A stretch of 64,000 nt of DNA from Alloprevotella sp. (GCA_963628025.1 CAVGCW010000036.1:37896-101895); one strand, 5' to 3'. Counted from the stretch's first letter, positions 28,652 to 38,862 are shown. The notes: generated by a model from the sequence alone, not told the origin. Translations and numbers: made by a program.

Positions 28652-29836
28652 GTGGGCAAGGCTAAGGCTAAGGCGAAGAAAAAGACGACGGGGGCGCGGG
28701 CTAAGCGCGACCGTCGTCGGAAGCTCGCGACCGAAGCCCCTGCATCTGCTGAGGAGTTGCTGGCGAGTGTACCGGGGCTTGACGCGCTGCAGGATGTTCC
28801 GGCGTTCGATGACCTGCCGGTCGATGCGGCTCAGCAGGCTGCATTTGACGACTTTTGCGCGCAGGCCGAGGAGCCCGAGCAGATGCAGCTCGGCGCCGTG
28901 GTGCGCCTGGACCGTGGGTTTCCGTTGGTGGCGACTGCCGATGACGCGTTTCGTGCCGAGCATGCCGTAGGGTTTGCCAAGTCGCGTGGCGAGGACGAGG
29001 TCTTGCTGCCCGCTGTGGGCGACCGCGTGGCGGTTCGCCGTGCCCCCGGGCACGACATGGGCGTGATCGAGTGCGTACTGCCGCGCCGTACGAGCTTTGA
29101 ACGTTGGCGTGGCCGTGCCCGCGGTGAGCGCCAGGTGCTCTGCTCCAACGTTGACAGCGTGCTGATCGTGCAGGCGCTCGGCGCCGGCGAGGTGCTGCTC
29201 GATCGTGTGGCGCGCTCACTGGTGTTGGCGCTCGATTGCGATGCCGAGCCGGTGGTGGTGCTCACCAAGGCCGACCGCTGCGAGGCCGATGAGCTCGAGC
29301 GCGATCTGGACCGCGTGCGCCGTCTGGTGGGTCCGGGCGTGCGCGTGATCGTGACGTCTTCTGCTGAGGGCCTCGGCCTGGACGAGGTGCGCGCCTGCGT
29401 GCCGGCTGGGAGCTGTGCCATGATCTTGGGCGAGTCGGGCGCCGGCAAGTCGACGCTGCTCAACGCGCTACTGGGCCACGATGCGCTGGCCACTGGCGGC
29501 GTGCGCGAGCGTGATGACCAGGGCCGCCACACTACGGTTGCGCGCGTGATGGTGGCACTGCCGGGCGACGCCGGCGTGATCGCCGATGCTCCGGGCCTGC
29601 GCAGCCTGCCGCTTGTGGGCCACGAACGAGGGTTGGCGCGTGCCTTCCCCGAGATCGTCGAGGCGTCGCGTGCGTGCCGGTTTGGCGATTGCACGCACAC
29701 TCACGAGCCAGGTTGCGCCGTTCGCGAGGCCGAGGACGCGGGGCAGATCGACAGCCTGCGTCTGGAGACGTTCCAAAACCTGGCGTCATCCATGCGCGTG
29801 AGTGCCCAAATGCTCGATCCCGATGTTCATCTGTAA
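28652..29836 (+). CDS. rsgA: ribosome small-subunit-dependent GTPase A with extended N-terminus
   Basis: Circularly permuted GTPase motifs (LTKADR, GESGAGKSTLLNAL). C-terminal Zn site CRFGDCTHTHEPGC. GTG 28652 is preceded by GGGAGG. Confidence 0.85.
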   Translation: MGKAKAKAKKKTTGARAKRDRRRKLATEAPASAEELLASVPGLDALQDVPAFDDLPVDAAQQAAFDDFCAQAEEPEQMQLGAVVRLDRGFPLVATADDAFRAEHAVGFAKSRGEDEVLLPAVGDRVAVRRAPGHDMGVIECVLPRRTSFERWRGRARGERQVLCSNVDSVLIVQALGAGEVLLDRVARSLVLALDCDAEPVVVLTKADRCEADELERDLDRVRRLVGPGVRVIVTSSAEGLGLDEVRACVPAGSCAMILGESGAGKSTLLNALLGHDALATGGVRERDDQGRHTTVARVMVALPGDAGVIADAPGLRSLPLVGHERGLARAFPEIVEASRACRFGDCTHTHEPGCAVREAEDAGQIDSLRLETFQNLASSMRVSAQMLDPDVHL

Positions 29837-29853
29837 TTGATTTTTCCTATGAC

Positions 29854-29888
29854 AGCCGCCTCCCAACTGCTTGGGAGGCGGCTTTTTT
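29854..29888 (+). terminator. rho-independent terminator after rsgA
   Basis: agccgcctcccaa-ctgc-ttgggaggcggct followed by TTTTT. Confidence 0.8.
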
Positions 29889-30088
29889 GCTGCCAAAGCG
29901 TCTCGAAATATGCGTTTTGCCGATGTTCTGACCAAAACCTTGCCACGAGCTTGACGGGCTGGTCAGCTTTTGGTCAGCAATTGGTTTGACGCGTAAAACC
30001 AAGATTGCGATTGCGCCGCTTTGCGCCCTGGTCGCCCAGACAATGGTGGTACGGGCATTTGCCCGGTGCTACCTTGAGAGGAGCGGCC

Positions 30089-30748
30089 GTGAACAAGAGC
30101 AAGCGCATCGCCATCAGTCTGGTCGCGGGCGTGCTTGCCGCGGCGCTCTGCATGGTCTACGGCTCGTCGATCCGCTCGCAAGCCGAGCAGGCCCAGGCCG
30201 AGACTTTGGCAAAATACGGCGGCGACCGCGTTGAGGTGTGCGTCGCGGCGCGCGATATCGATGCGGGTGAGACCCTCGACGAGACTAATGTCATAACTCA
30301 GGAATGGCTGGCGAGTCTGCTGCCGCGTGATGCGGCGACCGAGCTGCGTCAGGTGCGCGGTGACGTGACGACCTCGCGCATTCCTAAAAACGCCGTGATT
30401 TGCAATGTCTACACCAAGGCCGAGAGCCACAAGCTCGAGGTGCCTAAAGGCAAGGTTGCCGTTTCGGTGGCGGTCGATGCCGAGCACTCGGTCGGTGGTG
30501 CCACGGGCGTGGGCAGTTATGTGGACGTGTACGTGCAAAAAGATGGCGTGACCGATCGTTTGTGCGGCGCGTACGTGATCGATACCAGCGAAGATGCCGG
30601 CACCACGCGTGAAGGCAAGATCGAGTGGGTGACACTGGCGGCAGACCCCGAAGATGTCAAGGAATTGCTGGGAGCCTCGGGAAAGGGAACGGTCAGCTTG
30701 ACGATTCCCGCCACGGCGCGCGGCAAAAAGAGCGGAGGCGACGAGTGA
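30089..30748 (+). CDS. cpaB: Flp pilus assembly protein CpaB/RcpC (SAF domain)
   Basis: GTG start after GAGAGGAG. N-terminal TM, then SAF-like ARDIDAGETL and an RcpC-like C-terminus. Confidence 0.8.
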   Translation: MNKSKRIAISLVAGVLAAALCMVYGSSIRSQAEQAQAETLAKYGGDRVEVCVAARDIDAGETLDETNVITQEWLASLLPRDAATELRQVRGDVTTSRIPKNAVICNVYTKAESHKLEVPKGKVAVSVAVDAEHSVGGATGVGSYVDVYVQKDGVTDRLCGAYVIDTSEDAGTTREGKIEWVTLAADPEDVKELLGASGKGTVSLTIPATARGKKSGGDE

Positions 30749-32397
30749 TGAAGGCGATCTGGCTTGCGTGCTGCGCGTGCGGCGATTACGGGCTGCTACA
30801 GCAGGAAGTCGAGGGTCGCGATGTGGGCGCGCAGGTGCTTCGCGTGGGCGACCTGGACGGGCTGGTATCCATGGCGCGGGCGTTTCCGTCGCGCCGCGGT
30901 GCCGCCATCATCGCGGCGTCTCTGTTCGATACCGAAGACGTGCGGAAGACCGTTGCGCGCCTGACGGCCGAGGGCCGTGTGAGTCGTGTCGTCGTGTTGA
31001 TCGAGACGCTCGACCCGTCGGATATCGAAGGGCTGTTTCGCGCAGGGGCGACCGAGGTCATCGCTGCGCACAGTTTGTGCGGCAACGGGCGCGCGGGCGA
31101 GGGAACGGTTGATTCCGATCGGCGCATGACGATTGAGCCCGATGCTTTTGTTGATAGGGAATCCGGGGCGCCTCGCGCTACAAGAGGCCCGCGTGTTGAT
31201 GAATATGGAAAAGCGGAAGCCGAGCATGGTCGGCGCCCCCGGGACCCCCTTGCATACGATGACGCTGGAGGGCCGGTGCCGTATGGCGATGACGTTCTGG
31301 CTGAGGATATGGGATACGTGCACGGCGTAAATCTGGCCGATGAGCTCGACGAGGTCGAGGGTTTTGCCGGGGCTGGCGAGGCGTGTGCCGCTGCGTCTTT
31401 GGCTTCGGAACCGCAGCCCGGGCAGCCTGCCATGCCGGCTTGGGCTCAGCGCGTGACCGCGGCGGGGGAGACGGGGATGTTATCGCCCGCGTCCGTGTCG
31501 CCGGTTCCTGCACCGTCAGCCCCCGCGCTGTCGGCGGACGCTTCGATTCCGTCGCGTCGGGCACCGATCGTCTGCGCCGTTTCGGGATCGGGCGGTTGCG
31601 GCAAGTCGACGATCGTTGCCACCATGGCGCATGCGGCGTCGCTGTTGGGTTTGCGTGCCGCTGTGCTCGACTTGGACCTCATGTTTGGAAACCTATACGA
31701 TCTACTGGGTGTCGATGCCCCGCACGATATGGCGATGCTTATCGAGCCGTCGGCGGCGGGCGCACTTGCCGAGCCGGATATCGTGGCCGCATCGATGCGC
31801 GTCGCCCCGGGCGTCACGCTCTGGGGACCTGTCGCGGCCCCCGAGAAGGCCGAGCTCATGGCACCTCCGGTGGAGCTATTGCTCGATGTTTTGCGCCGCG
31901 AATCCGACGTGGTCTTTGTCGACACCTCGGTCTTTTGGGGTGATGCCGTGGCCGCCGCGGTAGCGGCGAGCGACCGTTGCCTGGTCGTAGGCGATGCGGC
32001 GGTATCGTCCGCGACATCCGCTTCGCGCGTCATTGAGCTGGCGAGCCGTGTGGGCGTGCCACGCACGCGTATGAGCGCCGTATTCAACCGGTTTGGTGCG
32101 CGCGGTGCCGACGAGGACGTCGCCATGCGCTTCGAGATTGCCTGCGCACTGAGCTCCAAGATCCGCATCGCCGATGGCGGTCAGGATTTGGCCGCGCTCA
32201 TGGCATTCGGTCGCGCCGACGAGGCAGTGGGTCAGACGAGCGCTTTTGCGACCAGCGTGCGCGAGGCCACGCGCGAGATGCTCGTGGAGCTGGGCTGCGC
32301 CGTCGGTTCCTGGAGCGATATGGTCGCCGACCGCGCGACCCGCACCGAGCGCCCGCGCATCCGTCTTCCCTGGTCGCGTGAGGGTGATTCGCGATGA
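30748..32397 (+). CDS. TadZ/CpaE-like ParA/MinD-family ATPase with receiver-like N-domain and an acidic linker
   Basis: ATGA overlap with cpaB. Deviant Walker A VSGSGGCGKST. Confidence 0.75.
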   Translation: MKAIWLACCACGDYGLLQQEVEGRDVGAQVLRVGDLDGLVSMARAFPSRRGAAIIAASLFDTEDVRKTVARLTAEGRVSRVVVLIETLDPSDIEGLFRAGATEVIAAHSLCGNGRAGEGTVDSDRRMTIEPDAFVDRESGAPRATRGPRVDEYGKAEAEHGRRPRDPLAYDDAGGPVPYGDDVLAEDMGYVHGVNLADELDEVEGFAGAGEACAAASLASEPQPGQPAMPAWAQRVTAAGETGMLSPASVSPVPAPSAPALSADASIPSRRAPIVCAVSGSGGCGKSTIVATMAHAASLLGLRAAVLDLDLMFGNLYDLLGVDAPHDMAMLIEPSAAGALAEPDIVAASMRVAPGVTLWGPVAAPEKAELMAPPVELLLDVLRRESDVVFVDTSVFWGDAVAAAVAASDRCLVVGDAAVSSATSASRVIELASRVGVPRTRMSAVFNRFGARGADEDVAMRFEIACALSSKIRIADGGQDLAALMAFGRADEAVGQTSAFATSVREATREMLVELGCAVGSWSDMVADRATRTERPRIRLPWSREGDSR

Positions 32398-33722
32398 GTC
32401 TGCAGACGAGGATTAAAGCCGCTGGCGCGGCCGCCGCGGCTGCTCCCGTTGATGCGGGACGCCACCGTGCCGTTAAACGCCGCACCAAGCGTGCGGTGAT
32501 GGACCGCATGGGCTACGACGAGGTGGCGCGCATCAGCGCCTACGTCGATTCGGCCCTTGCCCGCTCTGAGCTACGTCCGGCGGTGGAAGCGGCACTCAAC
32601 GTGGAAGAGCCGACCGACTTGGCGACGCCTGAGCGTGAGATCATCGTCGACGAGATCCTAGATGACGTGGTGGGCCTGGGACCGCTGCAGCCGCTCATCG
32701 AGGACGACACCGTTACCGAAATCATGATCAACGGCTGTCGCTCTGCCTTTTTTGAGCGCAGCGGCGTTTTGCATCCCATCGAGCACGCGTTTGAGGACGA
32801 CGAGCAGATCCGCGTGCTCATCGACCGCATCATCTCGCCGCTTGGCCGTCGTGTCGACGAGCGTAGCCCCATCGTCAACGCTCGCCTCAAGACGGGTTAT
32901 CGCGTCAACGCGGTGATTCCACCCGTGGCGATCGACGGACCAATCCTCACCATCCGTAAGTTCTCGGACCGTATCTGTTCGTTGGACGAGCTTGTGGGGT
33001 TGGGGTCACTGCCGCTTTGGTATGCGCAGCTGCTGTCGTGCGCGGTGTCGTTGCGGCAGGACTTGGCGGTTGCGGGAGGCACGGGGTCGGGCAAGACCAC
33101 GCTGCTCAACGCGCTGTCGTGCGAGATTTCCACCGGCGAGCGCATCGTGACGATCGAGGATTCCGCCGAGCTCAAGTTTGCACATCACCCACACGTTGTT
33201 CGTCTGGAGGCGCGTGAGGCGTCAATCGAGGGCGAGGGTGCGGTGACGATTCGCGACCTGGTGACCAATGCTTTGCGTATGCGCCCCGACCGCATCGTCG
33301 TGGGCGAGGTGCGCGGTGCCGAGTGCTGCGACATGCTGCAGGCCATGAACACGGGCCACGACGGCTCGCTCACCACGCTCCATGCGGGTACCGAGCAGGA
33401 GACCGTGGTTCGCCTGACGCTGCTTGCGCGCTACGGCATCGATTTGCCGAGTGAGCTTATCGAAGAGCAGATCGCCATGGCGCTCGACGGCATCGTGATG
33501 TCCGAGCGCCATGCAGATGGCAGGCGCTTTGTGGCCTCATATTCGGGGGTTCACCGCGGCGCGTCGGGCGGTGTTGAGCTCGAGCGCTACGTGACGTTCG
33601 ATGCCGCCGAGCGCACCTGGACGCTCGACCGCGAGCCGCCGTTTATTGCGGAGGGCTTACGGTCGGGAACGCTCACGCAAGAGGAGGTGGACGAATGGAG
33701 ATCGCTATGCCCCTCGTCGTAG
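32394..33722 (+). CDS. tadA: Tad secretion ATPase CpaF/TadA
   Basis: Walker [10 protein letters not shown], with Asp box, Walker B and His box order. ATGA overlap with the upstream gene. Confidence 0.9.
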   Translation: MSLQTRIKAAGAAAAAAPVDAGRHRAVKRRTKRAVMDRMGYDEVARISAYVDSALARSELRPAVEAALNVEEPTDLATPEREIIVDEILDDVVGLGPLQPLIEDDTVTEIMINGCRSAFFERSGVLHPIEHAFEDDEQIRVLIDRIISPLGRRVDERSPIVNARLKTGYRVNAVIPPVAIDGPILTIRKFSDRICSLDELVGLGSLPLWYAQLLSCAVSLRQDLAVAGGTGSGKTTLLNALSCEISTGERIVTIEDSAELKFAHHPHVVRLEAREASIEGEGAVTIRDLVTNALRMRPDRIVVGEVRGAECCDMLQAMNTGHDGSLTTLHAGTEQETVVRLTLLARYGIDLPSELIEEQIAMALDGIVMSERHADGRRFVASYSGVHRGASGGVELERYVTFDAAERTWTLDREPPFIAEGLRSGTLTQEEVDEWRSLCPSS

Positions 33723-34621
33723 GGGGTTTGGCGGGGCTTTCTGTCGCGACGGCGTGTGGGGCAGAGCCTCGTGTGCCGCGGATGCCGCCGGCGGAGCTGG
33801 CGCGCCAGACGCTCGAATCGATGGCGGAGAAGCTGCCGCGTGAGTTGGCGGAAAACGACCTGCTGACAAAGATTGCCCGCTCGTGGGTGTCGCTGATCCC
33901 CGCAGATCGCCTTGGGCTTGCTATTGAGGATAACGCGGCTCGTCTGGCATTTCTGCTGCTGTCGAGCGGTGTCTGCAGCGTTTTGCTGGCCGTTGCGTCG
34001 TTGTCGCCCATCGGCTTTGTCTTGGGGCTGGTGGTGCCGTTTGGCGTGGGTGCCGCGCGTGACACCTTCGATCGCCGACGCGAACAGCATGATGTAGAAG
34101 AGGCCATGCCCGAGGCATTCACAGCGTTATCCATGTCGCTTGCCTCGGGGCATTCGCTGGCACAGGGCATGCGCTTTGTGGGCGCCCATGCGCAAGAGCC
34201 GGTGCATACCGAGTTTTTGCGGGTGGCGGCGGCAATCGATTGCGGTATCTCGGCGACCGACGCACTTGATGACCTACTCGTTCGCATCGATGCCCCCGGC
34301 CTTTCGCTTGTCACCTTGGCGCTCAAAGTATCGCAGCGTACCGGGGCTCCGCTTGCCGGCTTGCTGTCCGAGGCGTCGGGCATGGTGGGTGAGCGCATTG
34401 AGCTCAAACGCCGTCTGGACGTTAAGACGTCACAGGCGCGTATGTCGGCACACATGGTCGCGGCGATGCCGGCGGGCATGTGCGCGGTACTGGCTTTGCT
34501 TTCGGCGGACTTTCGCCGCGGTCTTGCGACGCCGGCTGGTGCGGGCGCCGTGGTGCTGGGACTTGCCCTCAACGTCGTTGCCCTGGTAGTTATCCGGCGC
34601 ATTATGCGGGTGGAGTTATGA
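33695..34621 (+). CDS. tadB: type II secretion system F-family protein TadB
   Basis: T2SSF-like membrane protein. Start is uncertain (33695 or 33707). Confidence 0.8.
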   Translation: MEIAMPLVVGGLAGLSVATACGAEPRVPRMPPAELARQTLESMAEKLPRELAENDLLTKIARSWVSLIPADRLGLAIEDNAARLAFLLLSSGVCSVLLAVASLSPIGFVLGLVVPFGVGAARDTFDRRREQHDVEEAMPEAFTALSMSLASGHSLAQGMRFVGAHAQEPVHTEFLRVAAAIDCGISATDALDDLLVRIDAPGLSLVTLALKVSQRTGAPLAGLLSEASGMVGERIELKRRLDVKTSQARMSAHMVAAMPAGMCAVLALLSADFRRGLATPAGAGAVVLGLALNVVALVVIRRIMRVEL

Positions 34622-35259
34622 GCGCCCTGGTCGGGGTCGCGGCTTGTCTGTGTGCCCTGAGCGTATTTGCCGCGACGGGTTTGGAGCGTGCGGATGCTCG
34701 CAAGATTGCAGAGACGTGCAAGCGTGAGGCGGTACTGGTCATTGCTGCGGGCTGCTCGGTGATTGATGCCCTGACCGCGCGAATGAAGGGCGCGATTGGG
34801 GCGGGCGGGCCGGCGCGGGTGTCGCTCGGTGAGGTGTCCGAGATGATCGACGTGGTGCGCCTGGGGCTTTCTGCCGGCCTTTCGTTTGACGCGGCGCTCG
34901 AGATTTTCTGTGCCAACCGTCGGTCGGTGCTGGCCGTCCGTCTTGAACGAGCTTGCATGGCGTGGCAGGTGGGCGTGGGGACGCGCGAGGCCGAGCTGTT
35001 GGCCGCCGCGCGTGATTTGGACGTGAGGGCGCTCGAGACCTTTGCCATCACGGTGGGGCAGGCGCTTGCCCTGGGCGCTCCGCTGGCCGAGACGTTGGCT
35101 GCTCAAAGTCGCGAGATCCGTGCGGCCCATCGCGCCGCAGTCGAGCGCGAGATCGAGCGCGCACCGGTCAAGTTGCTGATTCCCACCGGCACGCTTATCT
35201 TGCCGGCGTTGCTTCTGTCCATATTGGGCCCGCTGCTGGGAGCAGGCGGGATGATGTAG
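34618..35259 (+). CDS. tadC: type II secretion system F-family protein TadC
   Basis: ATGA overlap with tadB. T2SSF-like C-terminal TM pair. Confidence 0.8.
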   Translation: MSALVGVAACLCALSVFAATGLERADARKIAETCKREAVLVIAAGCSVIDALTARMKGAIGAGGPARVSLGEVSEMIDVVRLGLSAGLSFDAALEIFCANRRSVLAVRLERACMAWQVGVGTREAELLAAARDLDVRALETFAITVGQALALGAPLAETLAAQSREIRAAHRAAVEREIERAPVKLLIPTGTLILPALLLSILGPLLGAGGMM

Positions 35260-35269
35260 GGAGGAATAC

Positions 35270-35503
35270 ATGAACACGATGACCGACATTGCGGGCAAGG
35301 CTTGGAGCTGGGCTTTTTGCCGGACAATCCGCGCTCGCCAGCGTGCCAAGGCGCTGTTGCGGGAGGAGAGCGCACAGGGCACTACCGAATACGCCATCTT
35401 GGTCGGCGTGCTCGTAGTGATCGCGATTATCGCCATCGTCGCGTTTAAGAGCAAAGTCGAAGAACTATGGAACGCGATCAAAGACGGCATCAACAGCCTG
35501 TAG
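35270..35503 (+). CDS. flp: Flp-family type IVb prepilin (long leader)
   Basis: LREESAQG-TTEYAILVGVLVV matches the Flp G/XXXXEY processing motif plus hydrophobic stretch. GGGAGG RBS. Confidence 0.8.
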   Translation: MNTMTDIAGKAWSWAFCRTIRARQRAKALLREESAQGTTEYAILVGVLVVIAIIAIVAFKSKVEELWNAIKDGINSL

Positions 35504-36030
35504 GAGGCAGGCGTCCTGTTGGTTCGCCGCTGGTGCTCGCCTGTTTGCTCGTGGCAATAGCGGTGACGCTTTGGGGACTGGGCGTTGCGCGACAGCAGCG
35601 TCCGGGCGCTACTGCCGATTTGGGATCGGGCTCGGCGGCGGTGTCACAAGCGGAAGGCGCGGGAGATATGGGCGGTCAGAATGCCGCCGTCACGGCTCGG
35701 ACCTTTTTGCAGGCACTCGACAAGCGGGCCGCCAGCGTGACGGAGCCGTCTGCAGACAACGCGATCGCGGTTCGACTCGCATGGTCCGAGGACCGACCGA
35801 TGACCGAGGCGGCGGCAGACCTGTTGCGCGCCTACCGCGAGGTGCCCACGGCTCAGCTCGCCCTGAGCGGCTATCTCGATATTAAGGGCAACGTATGGGG
35901 CGCCATCGTGCGCGATGGGCGAGGCTGGGTCGACATGGTGACGGTTGCTGCGGATGCCGGCGATGCCTCGTGCCGCCTGCGTGCCGTGCGTCTGGTTCCG
36001 CAAACGACGGAGTCAAAGGAGGGGTCGTGA
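35467..36030 (+). CDS. hypothetical membrane-anchored protein in the tad operon
   Basis: Basic N-terminus followed by one TM (VLACLLVAIAVTLWGL). Overlaps the flp end. Start is uncertain. Confidence 0.45.
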   Translation: MERDQRRHQQPVGGRRPVGSPLVLACLLVAIAVTLWGLGVARQQRPGATADLGSGSAAVSQAEGAGDMGGQNAAVTARTFLQALDKRAASVTEPSADNAIAVRLAWSEDRPMTEAAADLLRAYREVPTAQLALSGYLDIKGNVWGAIVRDGRGWVDMVTVAADAGDASCRLRAVRLVPQTTESKEGS

Positions 36031-36031
36031 A

Positions 36032-36250
36032 ATGCATAATGTCCTGCGTGAGGAATCTGCTCAGTCGACCGTCGAATACGCCATCGTCACCGTGGCGCTG
36101 TTATCGATTGTGCTGGCGATTGCGGGGCTTTGGCGCGCTGGCACCGATGGGCGCTTGGCGGCACTGGTCGAGCGGGCAGCGTCTCATGGCGTCGCCCCAT
36201 CGTCGGTTATCGATGCCGCGACGGGTGCCAAGGACATCGCTCTGTATTGA
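36032..36250 (+). CDS. flp: second Flp-family prepilin (short leader)
   Basis: MHNVLREESAQS-TVEYAIVTVALLSIVLAIAG. AAAGGAGGGG RBS. The track ORF start at 35945 is an over-extension. Confidence 0.75.
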   Translation: MHNVLREESAQSTVEYAIVTVALLSIVLAIAGLWRAGTDGRLAALVERAASHGVAPSSVIDAATGAKDIALY

Positions 36251-36725
36251 TATCGCGTGCGAGGATCGGGCGCAGTCTACGGTCGAGGCCGCCTTTTTGC
36301 TGCCGACGTTTTTGACGCTTATCTTGCTCGCGTTGCAGCCGGTGTGCCTGCTCTATACGCGTGCGGTCATGGAGTCCGCTGCCGCCGAGACCGCGCGGCT
36401 CATGACCACGACGACGGTGGAGGACGACGATGACCTTAAGGAGTTCACTCGCCGCAGACTTGCCGCGGTGCCCAACGTCTCGATTTTTCATGCCGGCGGA
36501 CCGCTGTCGTGGGATATCGAGTTGGGGCGGGCCGGTGCCGGCGGCGTTTCGTCCGTGTCTGTTGCCGGCGAGGTTAAGCCGCTGCCCGTGATCGGTGCAT
36601 TTGTGCAGGCCATGGGCAGTGCGGGTGAGGGCGGCTATGTCGAGCTCAAGGTCGACGTCTCGTATCGATCGCGTCCCGAATGGCTGGAGGGAGATTATGA
36701 TTCATGGATTGCTGCATGGGATTAG
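36213..36725 (+). CDS. TadE-like pseudopilin
   Basis: EDRAQSTVEAAFLLPTFLTLILLAL matches the TadE N-terminal motif. Start is uncertain (ATG 36213 or GTG 36225), and both overlap flp2. Confidence 0.65.
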   Translation: MPRRVPRTSLCIDIACEDRAQSTVEAAFLLPTFLTLILLALQPVCLLYTRAVMESAAAETARLMTTTTVEDDDDLKEFTRRRLAAVPNVSIFHAGGPLSWDIELGRAGAGGVSSVSVAGEVKPLPVIGAFVQAMGSAGEGGYVELKVDVSYRSRPEWLEGDYDSWIAAWD

Positions 36726-38862
36726 GCGCTGCCTGCTGCGGGTGACGCAAGGGTTTGCGGCCCGCCGTCGACCAGGCGCTCGCCGCAAGCGGGGCGGCTT
36801 TATGGGCCGTGCCGGTATCGACTTGTTTATCGAAGACGGTGCCTATACCACGCTCTCCTCTGCGGTTGTCATTCTGGTGGTGCTTACGCTGCTGTTTTCG
36901 TCGACCGCGGCGATATGGAGCATGTCACGCGCCGGAGACACCCAGGTGGCGGCCGATAGCGGTGCGCTAGCGGGCGCCAACGTGGTGTCGTCCTATCACA
37001 CAGCCGCCACGGTGGTGGATGCGAGCATTTTGAGTTTGGGCCTGGCGGGGTTTGCCACGATCGGCACCGGCTTGGTTGCCATTCTCATTCCAGGCGCCGA
37101 GGTTGTCGGTAGCGATATCATCGATACGGGAACCCAGATCATTAAAACGCGTAACAAGTTTGCCAAAAGCGCGGCAAAGGGCCTGCAAAAGATTGAGACC
37201 GCCTTGCCGTACCTGGTTGCCGCGCGTGCCATGCAGGCAGTATCGGCGCAGGATACCGACGGCGTGACCTATACCGGTACGGCGCTTGCCGTGCCCAGGA
37301 CATCCGAGTCGGATTTTGTTGCGCTCGAAGGATCCGAAATCTCGACCGATGCCATTAAAGATGCGTCGGAAGATCTGGAGCGCGCGGCCGAGGAGCTACA
37401 AAAAGCATCGGAGGAGACGGCGAAGGCCAAAGAGCGCGCCTGGCTAGCGGATTGCGGTGGATCGGATAAAGGTTCGGTCGGCAGCTGTTCGTGTATGTGG
37501 GAGCGCGCAAAAAGCCTAACGGATCTCTCCGGTGTTCATAATCCGCATTACTCATCGAGCATTACGTGGGAGCCTCAAGTTGCTCTTGATCGCTCGAAGG
37601 ACTACTACCATCGGCGTCTGGCAAATGAGAAGCCCCAAGGCTCGAGTGTCGAGATGAAGGCAGAGTCTGCGGCGCGTAAGGCGTTTTATACCTATGCGAG
37701 CGCGGAAGTCGATCGGGCATATATAACCGAGAACGGAGACAGGGTTTCCTCCTATATTCCGCTGCTGCCGCGCAACTCTGATGAGGTTCGGGCGACGGAA
37801 CTCTATACCGATGCGGTGTGGCCGACGAGCGTGAACGATGGCAAGGCGTATCTGCATTACGGGACGACCTGCCCTAGCTATAAGAAAGGAACGCCGAGCG
37901 GATTTGCTTCGGTTGCCGATTACGATGGGCAAGATAAATGCAGCAAATGCCATTTTGGCGTTTCGTCGCTTGGTGCTGTTGCGGCGCCTTCAACCTCTAT
38001 CGAAAACGGCTTCGAGTATCACTTTGACAAGTTTAAAGACGCCCTGGAGGACTACGTCGACTGTCGCAACAAGGAGCTTGAGCTCGAGCGTCAGACCGAG
38101 GACGAAGCCGACCGTGCGAGCAATGCGTTCGATACCGCCATCAAAGAACTATCCGGTGAGCGTCCGCGCATCGCCCCGCCCGGTCGCAACGGCGTGGTCG
38201 CCTTTGCGGTCTCGGGCGATGTCACGAGTCCCGACGAGCTCAACTCTTCGTTTAACACGGCAGTTGAGCTTGGCGATCGTGGTGCAATTTCTGCTGCAGT
38301 GCTGGCGCCCGATGATGCGACGGCACAGAATAACGTTCTCTCGCGGTTTTTCTCGACGCTGGAGGAGCGTTCGGGCGGCGTTGCCGGCGTGCTCGATGGC
38401 GTTATGGATGTTTGGGGCCGCCTGCTTGTGGGGTACGGAGACATCCAGGGTGCGGCCGACGAGCTTATGGGAGAGCTGATCGGTGGCTTGGGAGGGGGTG
38501 GCGGCGCGTTGGGTTCCATCGCGTCCTGGCTCGGTGACACCGTCTCGTCCTCCGTGGCGGCGCTGGGACTCGAACCATGCGATTTACGTCTGCGAAAACC
38601 GGTGCTGACCGATACCGCCAATGTCATCAAAAGTCCGGGGTCCGATATCGCGGGCATCTCCAAAACTCAAAATACCCTGCGAAAAATCCCCTTGGGCGTG
38701 ACTGACCCCAAGGCACTTTGCGAGGCCTTGGAATATCACGTCGAGCGCACCATCAGCGGCGCGGTGTTCACGCTTGCGGAGATCCCGCTGCCGGGAGGCG
38801 GCTCCATCCCGCTCACTGTCGATGTTGCCACGCTGGTGGGAGCTTTTGGCGGTGGGTCGTAA
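36697..38862 (+). CDS. large TadG-like (Tad pilus-associated) membrane-anchored protein
   Basis: GGAGGGAG RBS. N-terminal TM followed by AADSGALAGANVV (TadG-like). The remaining ~600 aa carry no motif I recognise. Confidence 0.6.
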   Translation: MIHGLLHGIRRCLLRVTQGFAARRRPGARRKRGGFMGRAGIDLFIEDGAYTTLSSAVVILVVLTLLFSSTAAIWSMSRAGDTQVAADSGALAGANVVSSYHTAATVVDASILSLGLAGFATIGTGLVAILIPGAEVVGSDIIDTGTQIIKTRNKFAKSAAKGLQKIETALPYLVAARAMQAVSAQDTDGVTYTGTALAVPRTSESDFVALEGSEISTDAIKDASEDLERAAEELQKASEETAKAKERAWLADCGGSDKGSVGSCSCMWERAKSLTDLSGVHNPHYSSSITWEPQVALDRSKDYYHRRLANEKPQGSSVEMKAESAARKAFYTYASAEVDRAYITENGDRVSSYIPLLPRNSDEVRATELYTDAVWPTSVNDGKAYLHYGTTCPSYKKGTPSGFASVADYDGQDKCSKCHFGVSSLGAVAAPSTSIENGFEYHFDKFKDALEDYVDCRNKELELERQTEDEADRASNAFDTAIKELSGERPRIAPPGRNGVVAFAVSGDVTSPDELNSSFNTAVELGDRGAISAAVLAPDDATAQNNVLSRFFSTLEERSGGVAGVLDGVMDVWGRLLVGYGDIQGAADELMGELIGGLGGGGGALGSIASWLGDTVSSSVAALGLEPCDLRLRKPVLTDTANVIKSPGSDIAGISKTQNTLRKIPLGVTDPKALCEALEYHVERTISGAVFTLAEIPLPGGGSIPLTVDVATLVGAFGGGS

